A DNA stretch of 64,000 nt from Clostridia bacterium (lineage in GTDB: Bacteria; Bacillota; Clostridia; Oscillospirales; CAG-272). Below are positions 49,431-59,563 of the stretch, one piece after another; positions within the stretch are counted from its first letter, which is position 1; each line of letters opens with the position of its first letter. The translations under genes and the position numbers were made by a program. Under the pieces are notes generated by a model that had not been told where the DNA came from, made no database searches, and was given only the letters and a program-made list of their open reading frames with translations. The stretch covers positions 18,519 through 82,518 of the forward strand of contig JAFTJZ010000091.1 in the NCBI GenBank assembly GCA_017456145.1. Direction: 5' to 3'.

Positions 49431-50432
49431 TCAGCGCAGAGAGACAAAGCCCAGCTTTTTATGGACCTTGGAGAGCGTCTTGCGGGCATAATAGGAGGCC
49501 TCCTCGGCACCCTTTTTCATGACCGATTCCAAATATGCCTTGTCGCTCATATACGCAGCAAATTTTTGCTGCACGGGTTGCATGGCATCGGCGCAAACCT
49601 CGCCGACCGCCAGCTTGAACTCGCCATAACCCTTTCCGTCGAACTCGCGCTCGATCTCCTCGTGGGTCTTGCCCGTAAAGGTGGCGTAGATGTTCATCAG
49701 ATTATTGATGCCATCCTTTCCCTCGGCGTAGCGCACGCAGGTATCACTGTCGGTCACAGCGCGCTTGAATTTACGAATTATTGTATCCCGATCATCCAGA
49801 ATATATACCACCGCATTGGTGTTTTCATCCGATTTGCTCATCTTCTTGGTCGGCTCGACAAGAGACATGATCTTCATACCGGTCTTGGGAATGATGGGCT
49901 CGGGGATGGTAAAGGTATCAGGGAACACATTATTGAAACGGGTTGCAATATCGCGGCACAGCTCGACGTGCTGCTTTTGATCAATGCCCACAGGCACAAC
50001 GTCGGTCTGATATAGCAGGATATCCGCTGCCATCAGCACAGGATAGGTAAACAGGCCTGCATTGATATTATCGGAATGCTTGGCGCTTTTATCCTTAAAT
50101 TGCGTCATACGGGACAGCTCGCCGAACATGGTAAAGCAGTTGAGAGCCCAGGCAAGCTCCGCGTGTGCCGGAACGTGCGACTGCACGTACAGAGTGTTCT
50201 TCTCGGGATCAAGCCCGCACGCCATATACAAAGAAAGTGTTTCGTAAGTGCGGCGACGCAGATCGGCGGGGACTTGACGTACCGTAATGGCGTGCGCATC
50301 CACCACACAGTAAAAGCACTTATATTGCTCGGAAAACGCGGAAAAATTACGGATCGCACCCAGATAGTTGCCAATCGACAAATTGCCGCTGGGCTGCACA
50401 CCCGAAAACGAAACTTTTTTATCTTGGATCAT
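49431..50432 (-). CDS. trpS: Tryptophan--tRNA ligase
   Basis: SGVQPSG..SIGNY, YPVLMAADIL, DQKQH, KMSKS. Confidence 0.97.
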   Translation of the reverse strand: MIQDKKVSFSGVQPSGNLSIGNYLGAIRNFSAFSEQYKCFYCVVDAHAITVRQVPADLRRRTYETLSLYMACGLDPEKNTLYVQSHVPAHAELAWALNCFTMFGELSRMTQFKDKSAKHSDNINAGLFTYPVLMAADILLYQTDVVPVGIDQKQHVELCRDIATRFNNVFPDTFTIPEPIIPKTGMKIMSLVEPTKKMSKSDENTNAVVYILDDRDTIIRKFKRAVTDSDTCVRYAEGKDGINNLMNIYATFTGKTHEEIEREFDGKGYGEFKLAVGEVCADAMQPVQQKFAAYMSDKAYLESVMKKGAEEASYYARKTLSKVHKKLGFVSLR

Positions 50433-50459
50433 GGAATAACCTCCTTGGAGTGCGGGAGG

Positions 50460-50710
50460 TCAGGGCTCCGCCCTGAAACCCGCCAAAGAACCTTTTTGCA
50501 AAAAGGTTCTTTGGAAACTCTAAAAACCTTTCAAGAAAGGAGCTTTGTGATTTTTATTAAAGTTTTTGAGGGATCAAAGGGAACGATGTTTGGCGTTTTC
50601 GGACTTGTCCGAAACGGCGGTGTCGAGCCGCCGAGACAAACTCTGTGGTCATTGGCGACCGTCTTTTTCTTCAAAAAGTTCCCTTTGTGGGGTTCGGGGC
50701 AACGCCCCGA
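50460..50710. repeat. REP/REPIN-like doublet, copy J, with a 79-nt insert at 50585-50663
   Basis: Left half nearly identical to copy A; removing the insert restores CAAAGGGAACTTTTT-CTTC-AAAAAGTTCCCTTTG. Confidence 0.9.
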
Positions 50711-50723
50711 CTTCTCATCGTTC

Positions 50724-53363
50724 TTATTTCAGCATTGCGCCAAGCGTTGCCTCGGCAGATGCCAGCGCGGCATCGATCTTATCGGCATCGCGTCCGCCCG
50801 CCATGGCATTATCGGGACGACCGCCGCCCTTACCGCCGGTAATGGCAGCAACGGCACCGACCAGCTTACCTGCGTGTGCGCCTGCAGCTACGGCAGCCTT
50901 GCCTGCACCGGCAAGGAAGTTGAGCTTGCCCTGGGCAGCGACAGCCAGCACGATCACCGCATTATCGTACTTCGCCTTGATCTCATCGACCAGCGTACGG
51001 GCGACCTCGATGGTCATACCGTCGGCACGGGATGCAACCAGCAGCACACCGCCGACCTGTTTTGCCGCACCCATGATGGCATCCAGCTTGCCCGACGCCA
51101 GCTTGGCGTTGAGCTGCTCGATCTCCTTTTTCTGTGCAGCAAGCTCGCCTTGCAGCGCACTTGCCTTCTTGGTAACATCATTGACATTCGGTGCCTTCAG
51201 CTCATGCGCGACTTCATGCAAAAGAGCATCCTTATCAGCAATCAGAGCAAGCACACCCTCACCCGTGACCGCCTCGATACGGCGAACACCGGCAGCAACG
51301 GACGACTCGGAGATGATCTTGAACAGACCGATCTTACCCGTGTTGTCCACGTGCGTACCGCCGCACAGCTCGATGGACTTACTACCCATACGAACGACGC
51401 GAACGGTCTTGCCGTACTTCTCACCGAACAGTGCCATCGCGCCCAGTTTCTTCGCCTCGTCAATGGGCATCTCGGTCATAGAGCCCTCACCTGCGGCAAG
51501 GATTTCCTCGTTAACCAGCCACTCGACCTTTGCGATTTCCTCGGGCGTCAGTGCAGCGAAGTGCGTAAAGTCAAAGCGGCAGACCTTGTCGGATACGTAG
51601 GAGCCTGCCTGCTCCACGTGCGTACCCAGCACCTCACGCAGCGCGTTCTGAAGCAGGTGCGCTGCGGAGTGGTTGCGCATGATGGCCCGGCGGTGGAGAA
51701 CGTCCAGGACGACCCTGACGTCGTCACCTACCTTGAGACTACCGTTCATAACGCTTGCCAGATGGATGTATACGCCATCCGACTTTTGTGTGTCATTGAT
51801 TCTGGCATACATGCCAAAAACAGTTCCATCGTTGATAGCACCCATATCACCGATCTGACCGCCGCCCTCGCCATAGCAGGGGGTCTTGTCCAAAATCACG
51901 CTGACATCGCCCTCAGTGACCTCGTCCACGGACTGATCGTCCACGATCAGGGCAATCACCTTGGCATGGGCATCGAAACTGTCGTAACCGACGAACTCGG
52001 TCTTGGGCAAATCAGCCAAGAGGGTCTTGGAAGCGTTGCTCCAACCGCTGATGTTGGCGCGGGCAGCACGTGCACGCACCTTCTGCTCCTGCATCAGTAT
52101 TGCAAAGCGGTCGTTATCAATCGTAAGACCTGCCTCCTCTGCGATCTCGCGGGTGAGATCGATCGGAAAACCGTAGGTATCGTACAGCTTGAAGGCATCG
52201 TCGCCGCTGATGAGGGACGCGCCGGCAGCCTTGGTATCGATAATCATAGTATTAAGAATGTTCAGACCGGAGTCGATGGTCGCATCAAAGCGCTCCTCCT
52301 CCATGGAGATGACCTTGAGGATATAGTCGCGCTTTTCATCCAGCTCGGGATATGCACCGCAGCTTTCGTTGATCGAAACGGTGACGGTATCCACAAGGAA
52401 GGGATGATCGATGCCAAGCAGCTTACCGTGACGGCAAGCGCGGCGGATGATGCGGCGAAGAACATAGCCACGCCCCTCGTTGGAGGGAATAACACCGTCC
52501 GAAATCATAAACATCGCACTTCTGGAGTGGTCGGTCACGACACGGATGGAAATGTCATGGTTTGCATCGTCGCCGTACTTCTTGCCTGCGATCTCGCAGG
52601 TCTTGTCGATGACGCGGCGGATGGTATCGACCTCAAACATATTGTCAACGCCCTGCATGACGCAAGCCAATCTCTCAAGACCCATACCGGTGTCGATATT
52701 CTTCTGCGCCAGCTCGGTGTAGTTGCCGTTGCCGTCGTTGTTGAACTGGGAGAACACGTTGTTCCAGATCTCCATAAAGCGGTCGCAATCACAGCCGGGC
52801 TTACAGTCGGGGCTGCCGCAGCCGTACTTCAGACCACGGTCAAAATAAATCTCGGAGCAGGGGCCGCAGGGACCGGTGCCGTGCTCCCAGAAGTTATCTT
52901 CCTTGCCCAGACGGACAACGTGCTCTGCGGGAACACCGATACGGTTGACCCAGATGTCATAGGCCTCCTCGTCGTTTTCATAGATGGAGGGCCAGAGCAG
53001 ATCGGTGGGGATCTCCAGTGTCTCGGTCAGAAATTCCCAAGCCCACGGAATTGCCTCGTATTTGAAGTAATCGCCAAAGGAGAAGTTACCCAGCATCTCA
53101 AAGAAGGTACCGTGACGCGCGGTGTGACCGACGCGCTCAAGGTCGGGGGTACGGATGCACTTCTGACAGGTACAGACGCGGCGGCGGGGAGGCTCCTCCT
53201 CACCCGTGAAGAACTTCTTCATGGGTGCCATACCCGAGTTGATCAGCAGCAGCGAGGGATCGTTTTGCGGCACCAGAGGGTAAGAGGGCAGACGCAAATG
53301 ATCCTTGCTCTCAAAGAAAGAGAGGTACTTTTCACGCAAATCGTTGAGTGATGTCCATTTCAT
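50724..53363 (-). CDS. alaS: Alanine--tRNA ligase
   Basis: QKCIRT, TFFEMLGNFSFGDYFK, IDTGMGLER, HSAAH, ELCGGTH, GGGRP. Confidence 0.97.
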   Translation of the reverse strand: MKWTSLNDLREKYLSFFESKDHLRLPSYPLVPQNDPSLLLINSGMAPMKKFFTGEEEPPRRRVCTCQKCIRTPDLERVGHTARHGTFFEMLGNFSFGDYFKYEAIPWAWEFLTETLEIPTDLLWPSIYENDEEAYDIWVNRIGVPAEHVVRLGKEDNFWEHGTGPCGPCSEIYFDRGLKYGCGSPDCKPGCDCDRFMEIWNNVFSQFNNDGNGNYTELAQKNIDTGMGLERLACVMQGVDNMFEVDTIRRVIDKTCEIAGKKYGDDANHDISIRVVTDHSRSAMFMISDGVIPSNEGRGYVLRRIIRRACRHGKLLGIDHPFLVDTVTVSINESCGAYPELDEKRDYILKVISMEEERFDATIDSGLNILNTMIIDTKAAGASLISGDDAFKLYDTYGFPIDLTREIAEEAGLTIDNDRFAILMQEQKVRARAARANISGWSNASKTLLADLPKTEFVGYDSFDAHAKVIALIVDDQSVDEVTEGDVSVILDKTPCYGEGGGQIGDMGAINDGTVFGMYARINDTQKSDGVYIHLASVMNGSLKVGDDVRVVLDVLHRRAIMRNHSAAHLLQNALREVLGTHVEQAGSYVSDKVCRFDFTHFAALTPEEIAKVEWLVNEEILAAGEGSMTEMPIDEAKKLGAMALFGEKYGKTVRVVRMGSKSIELCGGTHVDNTGKIGLFKIISESSVAAGVRRIEAVTGEGVLALIADKDALLHEVAHELKAPNVNDVTKKASALQGELAAQKKEIEQLNAKLASGKLDAIMGAAKQVGGVLLVASRADGMTIEVARTLVDEIKAKYDNAVIVLAVAAQGKLNFLAGAGKAAVAAGAHAGKLVGAVAAITGGKGGGRPDNAMAGGRDADKIDAALASAEATLGAMLK

Positions 53364-53553
53364 GGTCGTATATCCTTTCACAGTTGTCCGTTCATGTCAA
53401 GGCAAAACGGCACAATTTCACATTATAACACTTAATTATAACACTTTTTTTCCCGTCTGTCAAGGAAATTTGCCGCCTATGTTGTAAACTTCCGAGAAAA
53501 AATCCCGAATTTCAGCGGCAAACACCGAAATTCGGGAAAACAAAAGATAAAAA

Positions 53554-54855
53554 TCAATAATTCCAGTTGGCGCCAATCTCCTTCATGCTCGCCGCCTCGG
53601 AAAGAACCTCATTGTCAATGACGACCTGATCGGCATATTCCTCGCACAGCTTGAGAATGATGGATTCCGTCACCTCATCCTCAAAGGTGCCGAACCAATC
53701 GGCGTTGTCGTCCTGATCCCACGCGCCCTCGGTCAAGGGATATTTCATCACCAGATGAAACGCGCTGTCCGATTGAAACAAAATGACATCTCCCACCGCA
53801 GCATCGGCAAGCTCGGTCGAGAGCTGATTGAGGTATTCCAGAGAGTAGCTCTGTGCCTCATTCAAAAAAATGCCGTTGGGATATGCATCCCAGATTCCAT
53901 CATCGCCCGCATACTCGGCGCCGTACGCCTCAAACACGGTAAAATCCCCCGCCTCGATCAACGCAGAAAGCGCTTGTGCATTTTCGGTAATATTGGCGAT
54001 CTCCTCTTCAGAGAGCTCCTGATAATCCACGTAGCCGTCATTATCCGCATCCAGACCGACAAGCTCTCCACCCTCGGTGTCGTAGGCGATGGAGCCGTCC
54101 GCGTGAAAATACATGGTATCACCGTTTTCATCGGTGCGCAGCGTTCCGTCCGTTGCCGTGACGGTTGTCCCGTTCTTGGTATCGTAGGCGATGTAGTTGG
54201 TTCCCGTGCGATAATAGATCAGATCTCCGTTTTCGTCCGTTTCATACAGATATTCATATAGAGGGAACAGGATCTGGCGGAAACAAACGTAGTTGGCGTT
54301 ATAATATTCCTCTCTTGCGCTGTCTGCGGTCATGGAGGAAAGATACGTGGAAAGATATTCCACCTTATCTTCCATAATATAATTTTCGCGCAGCATATTC
54401 ATGTTGATGCCGTATTCAGCCATGGCGTTGTTGAAGGCAGTTTTGGAGCCGCCGAAATCGTTCTCCAGAAGATCGCTCATATAGACGTCAATCTCGTCGT
54501 AATAGCTTTGAGGCAACGTCAGCTGATACACCTCGTCAAACAGATACAGGCGAAGGAGCATATCCTGCGCCGCATTCAGGATCTCTGCACTGAAGTAATC
54601 GCCGTAGGTTGCCCCCTCGGCGCTCCAGATGTAATCCCAGAAGGAGTCATTTTCGACCTCGTACCCGTTATAGGCAAGCGTCCCCTTCATACGGGAGAGC
54701 AGCAGCTCATAGGTGTTCAGTGTCAGCTCGGTCTTGCCGATATGCATAAGCACCTTTCCCGAGGACGCGCAGGAGCAAAGCAGCAAAGCGCAAAGCACAA
54801 GCGCGAGCATTGCCGTCAGCAGACGTCGGATGTTGTTGTGATGATTGTGTTTCAT
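53554..54855 (-). CDS. Lipoprotein, PrsA/SurA-like foldase
   Basis: Lipobox LCSC; VCFRQILF and SAFHLV parvulin-like remnants; position downstream of mfd. Confidence 0.6.
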   Translation of the reverse strand: MKHNHHNNIRRLLTAMLALVLCALLLCSCASSGKVLMHIGKTELTLNTYELLLSRMKGTLAYNGYEVENDSFWDYIWSAEGATYGDYFSAEILNAAQDMLLRLYLFDEVYQLTLPQSYYDEIDVYMSDLLENDFGGSKTAFNNAMAEYGINMNMLRENYIMEDKVEYLSTYLSSMTADSAREEYYNANYVCFRQILFPLYEYLYETDENGDLIYYRTGTNYIAYDTKNGTTVTATDGTLRTDENGDTMYFHADGSIAYDTEGGELVGLDADNDGYVDYQELSEEEIANITENAQALSALIEAGDFTVFEAYGAEYAGDDGIWDAYPNGIFLNEAQSYSLEYLNQLSTELADAAVGDVILFQSDSAFHLVMKYPLTEGAWDQDDNADWFGTFEDEVTESIILKLCEEYADQVVIDNEVLSEAASMKEIGANWNY

Positions 54856-54933
54856 AATGTTTCTTCCTTTTTGGCTTTGGAATCTTTATTTTACCAATGT
54901 TTTGACGCTTTTAATTCTGACACTTCTGTTATT

Positions 54934-57900
54934 CTAACAGCTCTGTGCGTCGGATTGTTGTGCGATTTCTGTATATTTTCCAAACATTTTGTGAAGAAAA
55001 TCGAGAATATCTTCACCCTTTTTCATTTTGACGTTGAGATGCGGCTCCCCCGTCAGTGCCATGCGCAGCCGTCCGGGCAAAGCGGCGGAGAGCGCCGACC
55101 AGATCTCAAAATCGATCTTTACGGGATAGATCTGAATTTCCGCCGCCTCCTGCCGCAGCTGTCTGATCCCGCAGCGGATGGCATCGGCACGAAGAAGCGC
55201 GATGCCGAGAAGATTTTTCGTCGCGCGCGGGATATCACCGTAACGGTCAAGAAATTCATCCAAAATGTCGTCTCTGTCCTGCTCGTCGGTGATCAGCGCA
55301 ATTTTTTTATACATCTCCATACGTTGTGAGGTAAAGGGCACGTAGTGATCGGGGATATAGGCATCCATCACGATCGATACCGTACACTCGGGGGCGACCG
55401 TCTCGGGAGTTCCCCGCTCCTGCAGCACCGCGCGGTTGAGCAGCTTGATATACAGATCGTAGCCCACCGCATCCAGATGACCGTGCTGCTGTGAGCCGAG
55501 CAGATTTCCCGCACCGCGGATCTCCATATCGCGCAGCGCGATCTTAAAGCCCGCGCCAAACTCGGCATAATCACGGATGGCCTCCAGCCTCTTTTGCGAG
55601 ATCTCGGAGATGGCGCGGAGCTTGGGGTAGGTAAAATAGGCGTATGCACGGCGGGAGGAGCGCCCCACGCGTCCGCGCAGCTGATGCAGCTGAGATAACC
55701 CCAGCCTGTGCGCGTTGTCTACGATCAGTGTATTGGCATTGGGAACGTCGACGCCCGTTTCGATGATGGTGGTGCAGACCAGAATATCGATCGCTCCCGT
55801 CAGCATATTCTCCCAGATGCGCTCCAGCGTCTCTTTATCCATTTTGCCGTGGGCAACGGTAATGCGGGCTTCAGGCAGCTCACGCGCAAGCCTTGCCGCC
55901 AGCTCGTCAATGGTCTCCACAACGTTGTGCAAATAGAACACCTGCCCGCCGCGGCGCAGCTCCCGACGAATAGCCTCAAGAATGATCAGATCGTCCTCCT
56001 CGAGCACGTAGGTCTGTACGGGCAAGCGGTCGCCGGGGGCCTCATCCAGCACCGAAATATCGCGCAATCCTCCCATTGCCATATTGAGCGTACGGGGAAT
56101 GGGCGTTGCCGAGAGTGTCAACACATCGACGTTGCCGCACAGCTGCTTGAGCTTTTCCTTCTGCACGACACCAAAGCGCTGCTCCTCGTCGACGATCAGA
56201 AGTCCGAGATCATGAAATTCGATATCCTTGGAAATCAACCGATGGGTTCCGATAATGACGTCGACCTCACCCCGCTTGAGCCGCCGCAGTGTTGCGGTCT
56301 GCTCCTTAGGGGTGCGGAAACGGGAGATCATATCCACGTTGACGCCAAAGGCGCGCATACGGCTGGTGAAGGTCTGGTAGTGCTGCAGCGCCAGAATGGT
56401 CGTCGGCACCAGCACCGCCACCTGCTTTCCGCCCATGACCGCCTTATATGCTGCCCGCATGGCGACCTCGGTCTTACCAAAGCCGACATCTCCGCAAAGC
56501 AGGCGATCCATCGGAGCGGAAGCACACATATCCTCCTTGACCTCGTCAGCCGCCCGCAGCTGACACTCGGTTTCCTCATAATCAAACGCCGCCTCAAAGC
56601 TGCGCTGGAAATCATCATCCTTCGGGAAGGCATATCCCGGGCGGCGAGTTCTCTCGGCATAAAGACGGATCAGATCCTTGGCAATATCCTTGACAGATGC
56701 CTTGGCGCGCGCCTTGGCCTTTCCCCAAGTATCACCGCCAAGACGGGAGAGCTTGACCAACCCGTCGTCTGCGTGTGCACCGATATATTTGGACACCTTA
56801 TCCATCTTCTCGGTGGGGATGAACAGCTTATCGCTCCCCGCGTACTGAATCCCGATATAATCCCTTGTCGATCCTCCCGTGGTCAGAGTTTCGATCCCCG
56901 TATAACGACCGATACCATGATCCTCATGGACCACCAGATCTCCGACCTCCAGCTCCGCATAGGATAAGATCGCCTTGGTCGCGGTGTCCTTTTTTCTCTT
57001 TTTGCTTTTGAGCTTGCCGCTGCCGACCACGTTGCCCGCACGGGTCTCGGGATTAGTGGAAAGAACGGCGATCCGTGCGCTGACCAGCTCATAGCCCTGC
57101 AGGTATTCTCGCCAGAGCACCAGGACCTCTCCCGCCCGGCCTGTGCCGTCGCCTTCCAGCCTTGCGCGCACACCGCGGTCGCAAAGCAACCCGCACAGAT
57201 TCTTTGCCGCGGTCTCGTTCTCCGCCAGAAGATACACGCGATAACCGCGCTCAAGATAACTGTCCATATCTTCAAAAAGCAGCGCATAATTGTCTCCGAA
57301 GGAGACCATCTGCTTGGAACGGAATCCAAACATTCCCGCCAGCTTTTGCCCCGAAAGGCCGTAAGACATAGAATCCACGTGCAGCGTCACATTCTGCTCC
57401 AGAAACGCATCCAGTACTGCACTGCGGTGGGTATATTCCGCATATTTCGGAGCGATCGAGCCGCCCTCAAGCAGATCCTTGACGGTTTGATCGGCATGCC
57501 AGAGTGCGCCCTTGAGCCGCTCCCGCATCGCTGCCGTTCCGACGATCATCACCGAGGTGCGATCGGGGAAATAATGCAAAAGACAGCTCTTTTCGGGATA
57601 GATCAGAGAAACGTACTTATCGGCGTACGGAAGGTCGCCGCTGCCCGCGATGGCGATCTCCAGCGTGGCCGCCTCGCCGCGCAGCAGCGCCACGGCGCTG
57701 TCATCCGGCTTGGTCTTCATTTGCGCCGCCAGTGCCTTTTTGAGCGACTGCAGTGCCGCGGCATCGGGTAAGATTTCCTTGGCGGGGGGGATGGTCACCT
57801 GCAGCACCGCCGTATGGATGCGCTGTGTTTCAACATCAAACAGCCCCATGCGATCGATCTCATCGTCAAATAGCTCAATGCGGACAGGACTTGCTCCTTC

Positions 57901-58530
57901 GCGGGCCTCACCGTCTCCGTCTACGTAAAACCCGCCCGTGGGATAAATATCGATGATCCCGCCGCGCAGCGCGAATTGTCCTTTTCCATCCACCATATCC
58001 ACCCGCGTATAGCCCGCTGCGACCAGACGCGACGCCAGCGACGAAGGCTCCACGCGGCTGCTGAAATCCAGATGCAGCACTGCGCTGTCCAGCCGCTCCA
58101 TGGGGATGGTATAGCCAAGGGCGGCATCGGGCGTGGTCAGAACAACGTCCAGTGTTCCCTGCTGCAGCCCAAACAAAACCTCAAGCCTCTCATGCTCATA
58201 GTCATGGGAGGCAGTAATATTATGAAAATTATAGTCGCGTCCGACAAAGAACGCAGCCCGCAGCCCAAAGCGACGGAACATGGCGCGCAGACGGACACAA
58301 TCGCGCTCCTCGGCGCAAAGCAACAAAGCACAGGCAGATCTTTGCTCCATGGTGTCCCGCATCAGAGTGACCAGCATGGCATCCTGCGCCCCCTCGCAAA
58401 GGCCGTTGACAAGAATGGGACGGGGCTTTGCAGCGCGATATTCGCGCTGAACGGTCTCAAGCAGCTGTGTATATTCTCCATCCGCACGGATCGTGGCGGG
58501 GAGAACGTGAAAAGGCGTGGAAGTTGTCAT
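54934..58530 (-). CDS. mfd: Transcription-repair coupling factor
   Basis: FALRGGIIDI, VVHEDHGIG (CarD), GDVGFGKT, DEEQRFGV, QLRGRVGRS, TRCF domain. Confidence 0.97.
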   Translation of the reverse strand: MTTSTPFHVLPATIRADGEYTQLLETVQREYRAAKPRPILVNGLCEGAQDAMLVTLMRDTMEQRSACALLLCAEERDCVRLRAMFRRFGLRAAFFVGRDYNFHNITASHDYEHERLEVLFGLQQGTLDVVLTTPDAALGYTIPMERLDSAVLHLDFSSRVEPSSLASRLVAAGYTRVDMVDGKGQFALRGGIIDIYPTGGFYVDGDGEAREGASPVRIELFDDEIDRMGLFDVETQRIHTAVLQVTIPPAKEILPDAAALQSLKKALAAQMKTKPDDSAVALLRGEAATLEIAIAGSGDLPYADKYVSLIYPEKSCLLHYFPDRTSVMIVGTAAMRERLKGALWHADQTVKDLLEGGSIAPKYAEYTHRSAVLDAFLEQNVTLHVDSMSYGLSGQKLAGMFGFRSKQMVSFGDNYALLFEDMDSYLERGYRVYLLAENETAAKNLCGLLCDRGVRARLEGDGTGRAGEVLVLWREYLQGYELVSARIAVLSTNPETRAGNVVGSGKLKSKKRKKDTATKAILSYAELEVGDLVVHEDHGIGRYTGIETLTTGGSTRDYIGIQYAGSDKLFIPTEKMDKVSKYIGAHADDGLVKLSRLGGDTWGKAKARAKASVKDIAKDLIRLYAERTRRPGYAFPKDDDFQRSFEAAFDYEETECQLRAADEVKEDMCASAPMDRLLCGDVGFGKTEVAMRAAYKAVMGGKQVAVLVPTTILALQHYQTFTSRMRAFGVNVDMISRFRTPKEQTATLRRLKRGEVDVIIGTHRLISKDIEFHDLGLLIVDEEQRFGVVQKEKLKQLCGNVDVLTLSATPIPRTLNMAMGGLRDISVLDEAPGDRLPVQTYVLEEDDLIILEAIRRELRRGGQVFYLHNVVETIDELAARLARELPEARITVAHGKMDKETLERIWENMLTGAIDILVCTTIIETGVDVPNANTLIVDNAHRLGLSQLHQLRGRVGRSSRRAYAYFTYPKLRAISEISQKRLEAIRDYAEFGAGFKIALRDMEIRGAGNLLGSQQHGHLDAVGYDLYIKLLNRAVLQERGTPETVAPECTVSIVMDAYIPDHYVPFTSQRMEMYKKIALITDEQDRDDILDEFLDRYGDIPRATKNLLGIALLRADAIRCGIRQLRQEAAEIQIYPVKIDFEIWSALSAALPGRLRMALTGEPHLNVKMKKGEDILDFLHKMFGKYTEIAQQSDAQSC

Positions 58531-59168
58531 ATGCCTCCTTTGCCATTGCAATGCTGCATGGCACCATCAAGATCGTCCGACAAGAGCTTTTCCACGCCGT
58601 CGCAGACCAAGGGAAAGGTATTCTTTTGCAGGTGCTCGCGTTGCTCGGGCGTGAATACGGAGAGCACCCAATCGGCAAGATCATAATCGGGCGATGGCTT
58701 TTGCCCCACGCCGATGCGGATACGGGGAAACTCCTGTGTCCCCAGCGCCTCGATAATGCTGTTCAGCCCCTTCTGTCCGCCCGCACTGCCGCTCTTGCGT
58801 ACGCGCAGCTTGCCGACGTCCAGCGAGATATCATCCGAGAGGACCAGCAGACGGGAGGGCGCAAGCTTATAAAACTTCATCGCCGCCTCAACGGCATCCC
58901 CCGAGGCATTCATAAAGGTTTGGGGTTTCATGAGCAGCACCCGCTTTCCCGCGATGGTGGTTTCTCCGACCAGTGCATCGAACTTGGCGCGATCGGGATT
59001 GCCGCCGTGGCGGGCTACCAGCGCGTCCATGGCGAGAAAGCCGGCGTTGTGCCGCGTCCATTGATACCGCACACCGGGATTGCCAAGCCCCACGATCAGC
59101 CACGAGATGGGGGTTGCCGCAGGTGTTTCTTTGGATATTTTACGAAACAGGTCAAAAATGTCTGCCAT
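58527..59168 (-). CDS. pth: Peptidyl-tRNA hydrolase
   Basis: IVGLGNPG, TRHNAGF, KPQTFMN, GSAGGQKG, RIRIGVG. Confidence 0.95.
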   Translation of the reverse strand: MADIFDLFRKISKETPAATPISWLIVGLGNPGVRYQWTRHNAGFLAMDALVARHGGNPDRAKFDALVGETTIAGKRVLLMKPQTFMNASGDAVEAAMKFYKLAPSRLLVLSDDISLDVGKLRVRKSGSAGGQKGLNSIIEALGTQEFPRIRIGVGQKPSPDYDLADWVLSVFTPEQREHLQKNTFPLVCDGVEKLLSDDLDGAMQHCNGKGGI

Positions 59169-59563
59169 TGCGCACTCCTTCAGCATTTCAGATCGCCCGC
59201 CGGGGTGGCGGACATGACGAAATCCCCATGCAAAAGCGTTGCACGGGTATCTATTCATATTATATACCATTTTCACCCGCTTGTCAAGTCACCGACGTAT
59301 TTTTCTGCAATGTCCTTTTGCATCGCGCGGATTTTATCCTTTTTTTGGTAAATTGTCCACAACATTTACATTTTATGATAAAATCGGCGTTTTGTTCACA
59401 ATAAATTTACAATCTGCCAAAAAAAATAGAGCAAAGCCCTTTTCAAAAGAGGAAAAATATGTTATAATAAGAAACGTGGTCTGCCTACGGACAAGTTGTG
59501 TCCCGATGCGGCCACCGCAGCAATTAGTTTCCAAATAAATTTTCTATACGGAGGAACCCCTAA

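Noticed and set aside
50076-53351. Very long antisense ORFs (also 59462-62212, 6450-8627, 25881-27524 and others)
   Set aside because: They mirror well-supported genes on the opposite strand, lack motifs and RBSs, and are explained by codon bias that removes antisense stops.
53364-53553. T-box leaders for alaS and trpS
   Set aside because: No T-box consensus or specifier stem was found upstream of either gene.
59497-59505. TGTGTCCCG, the mirror of the putative att arm CGGGACACA
   Set aside because: It lies in the ppdK leader within a local GGACA/TGTCC hairpin, with no SASP-coding sequence before it; treated as chance.
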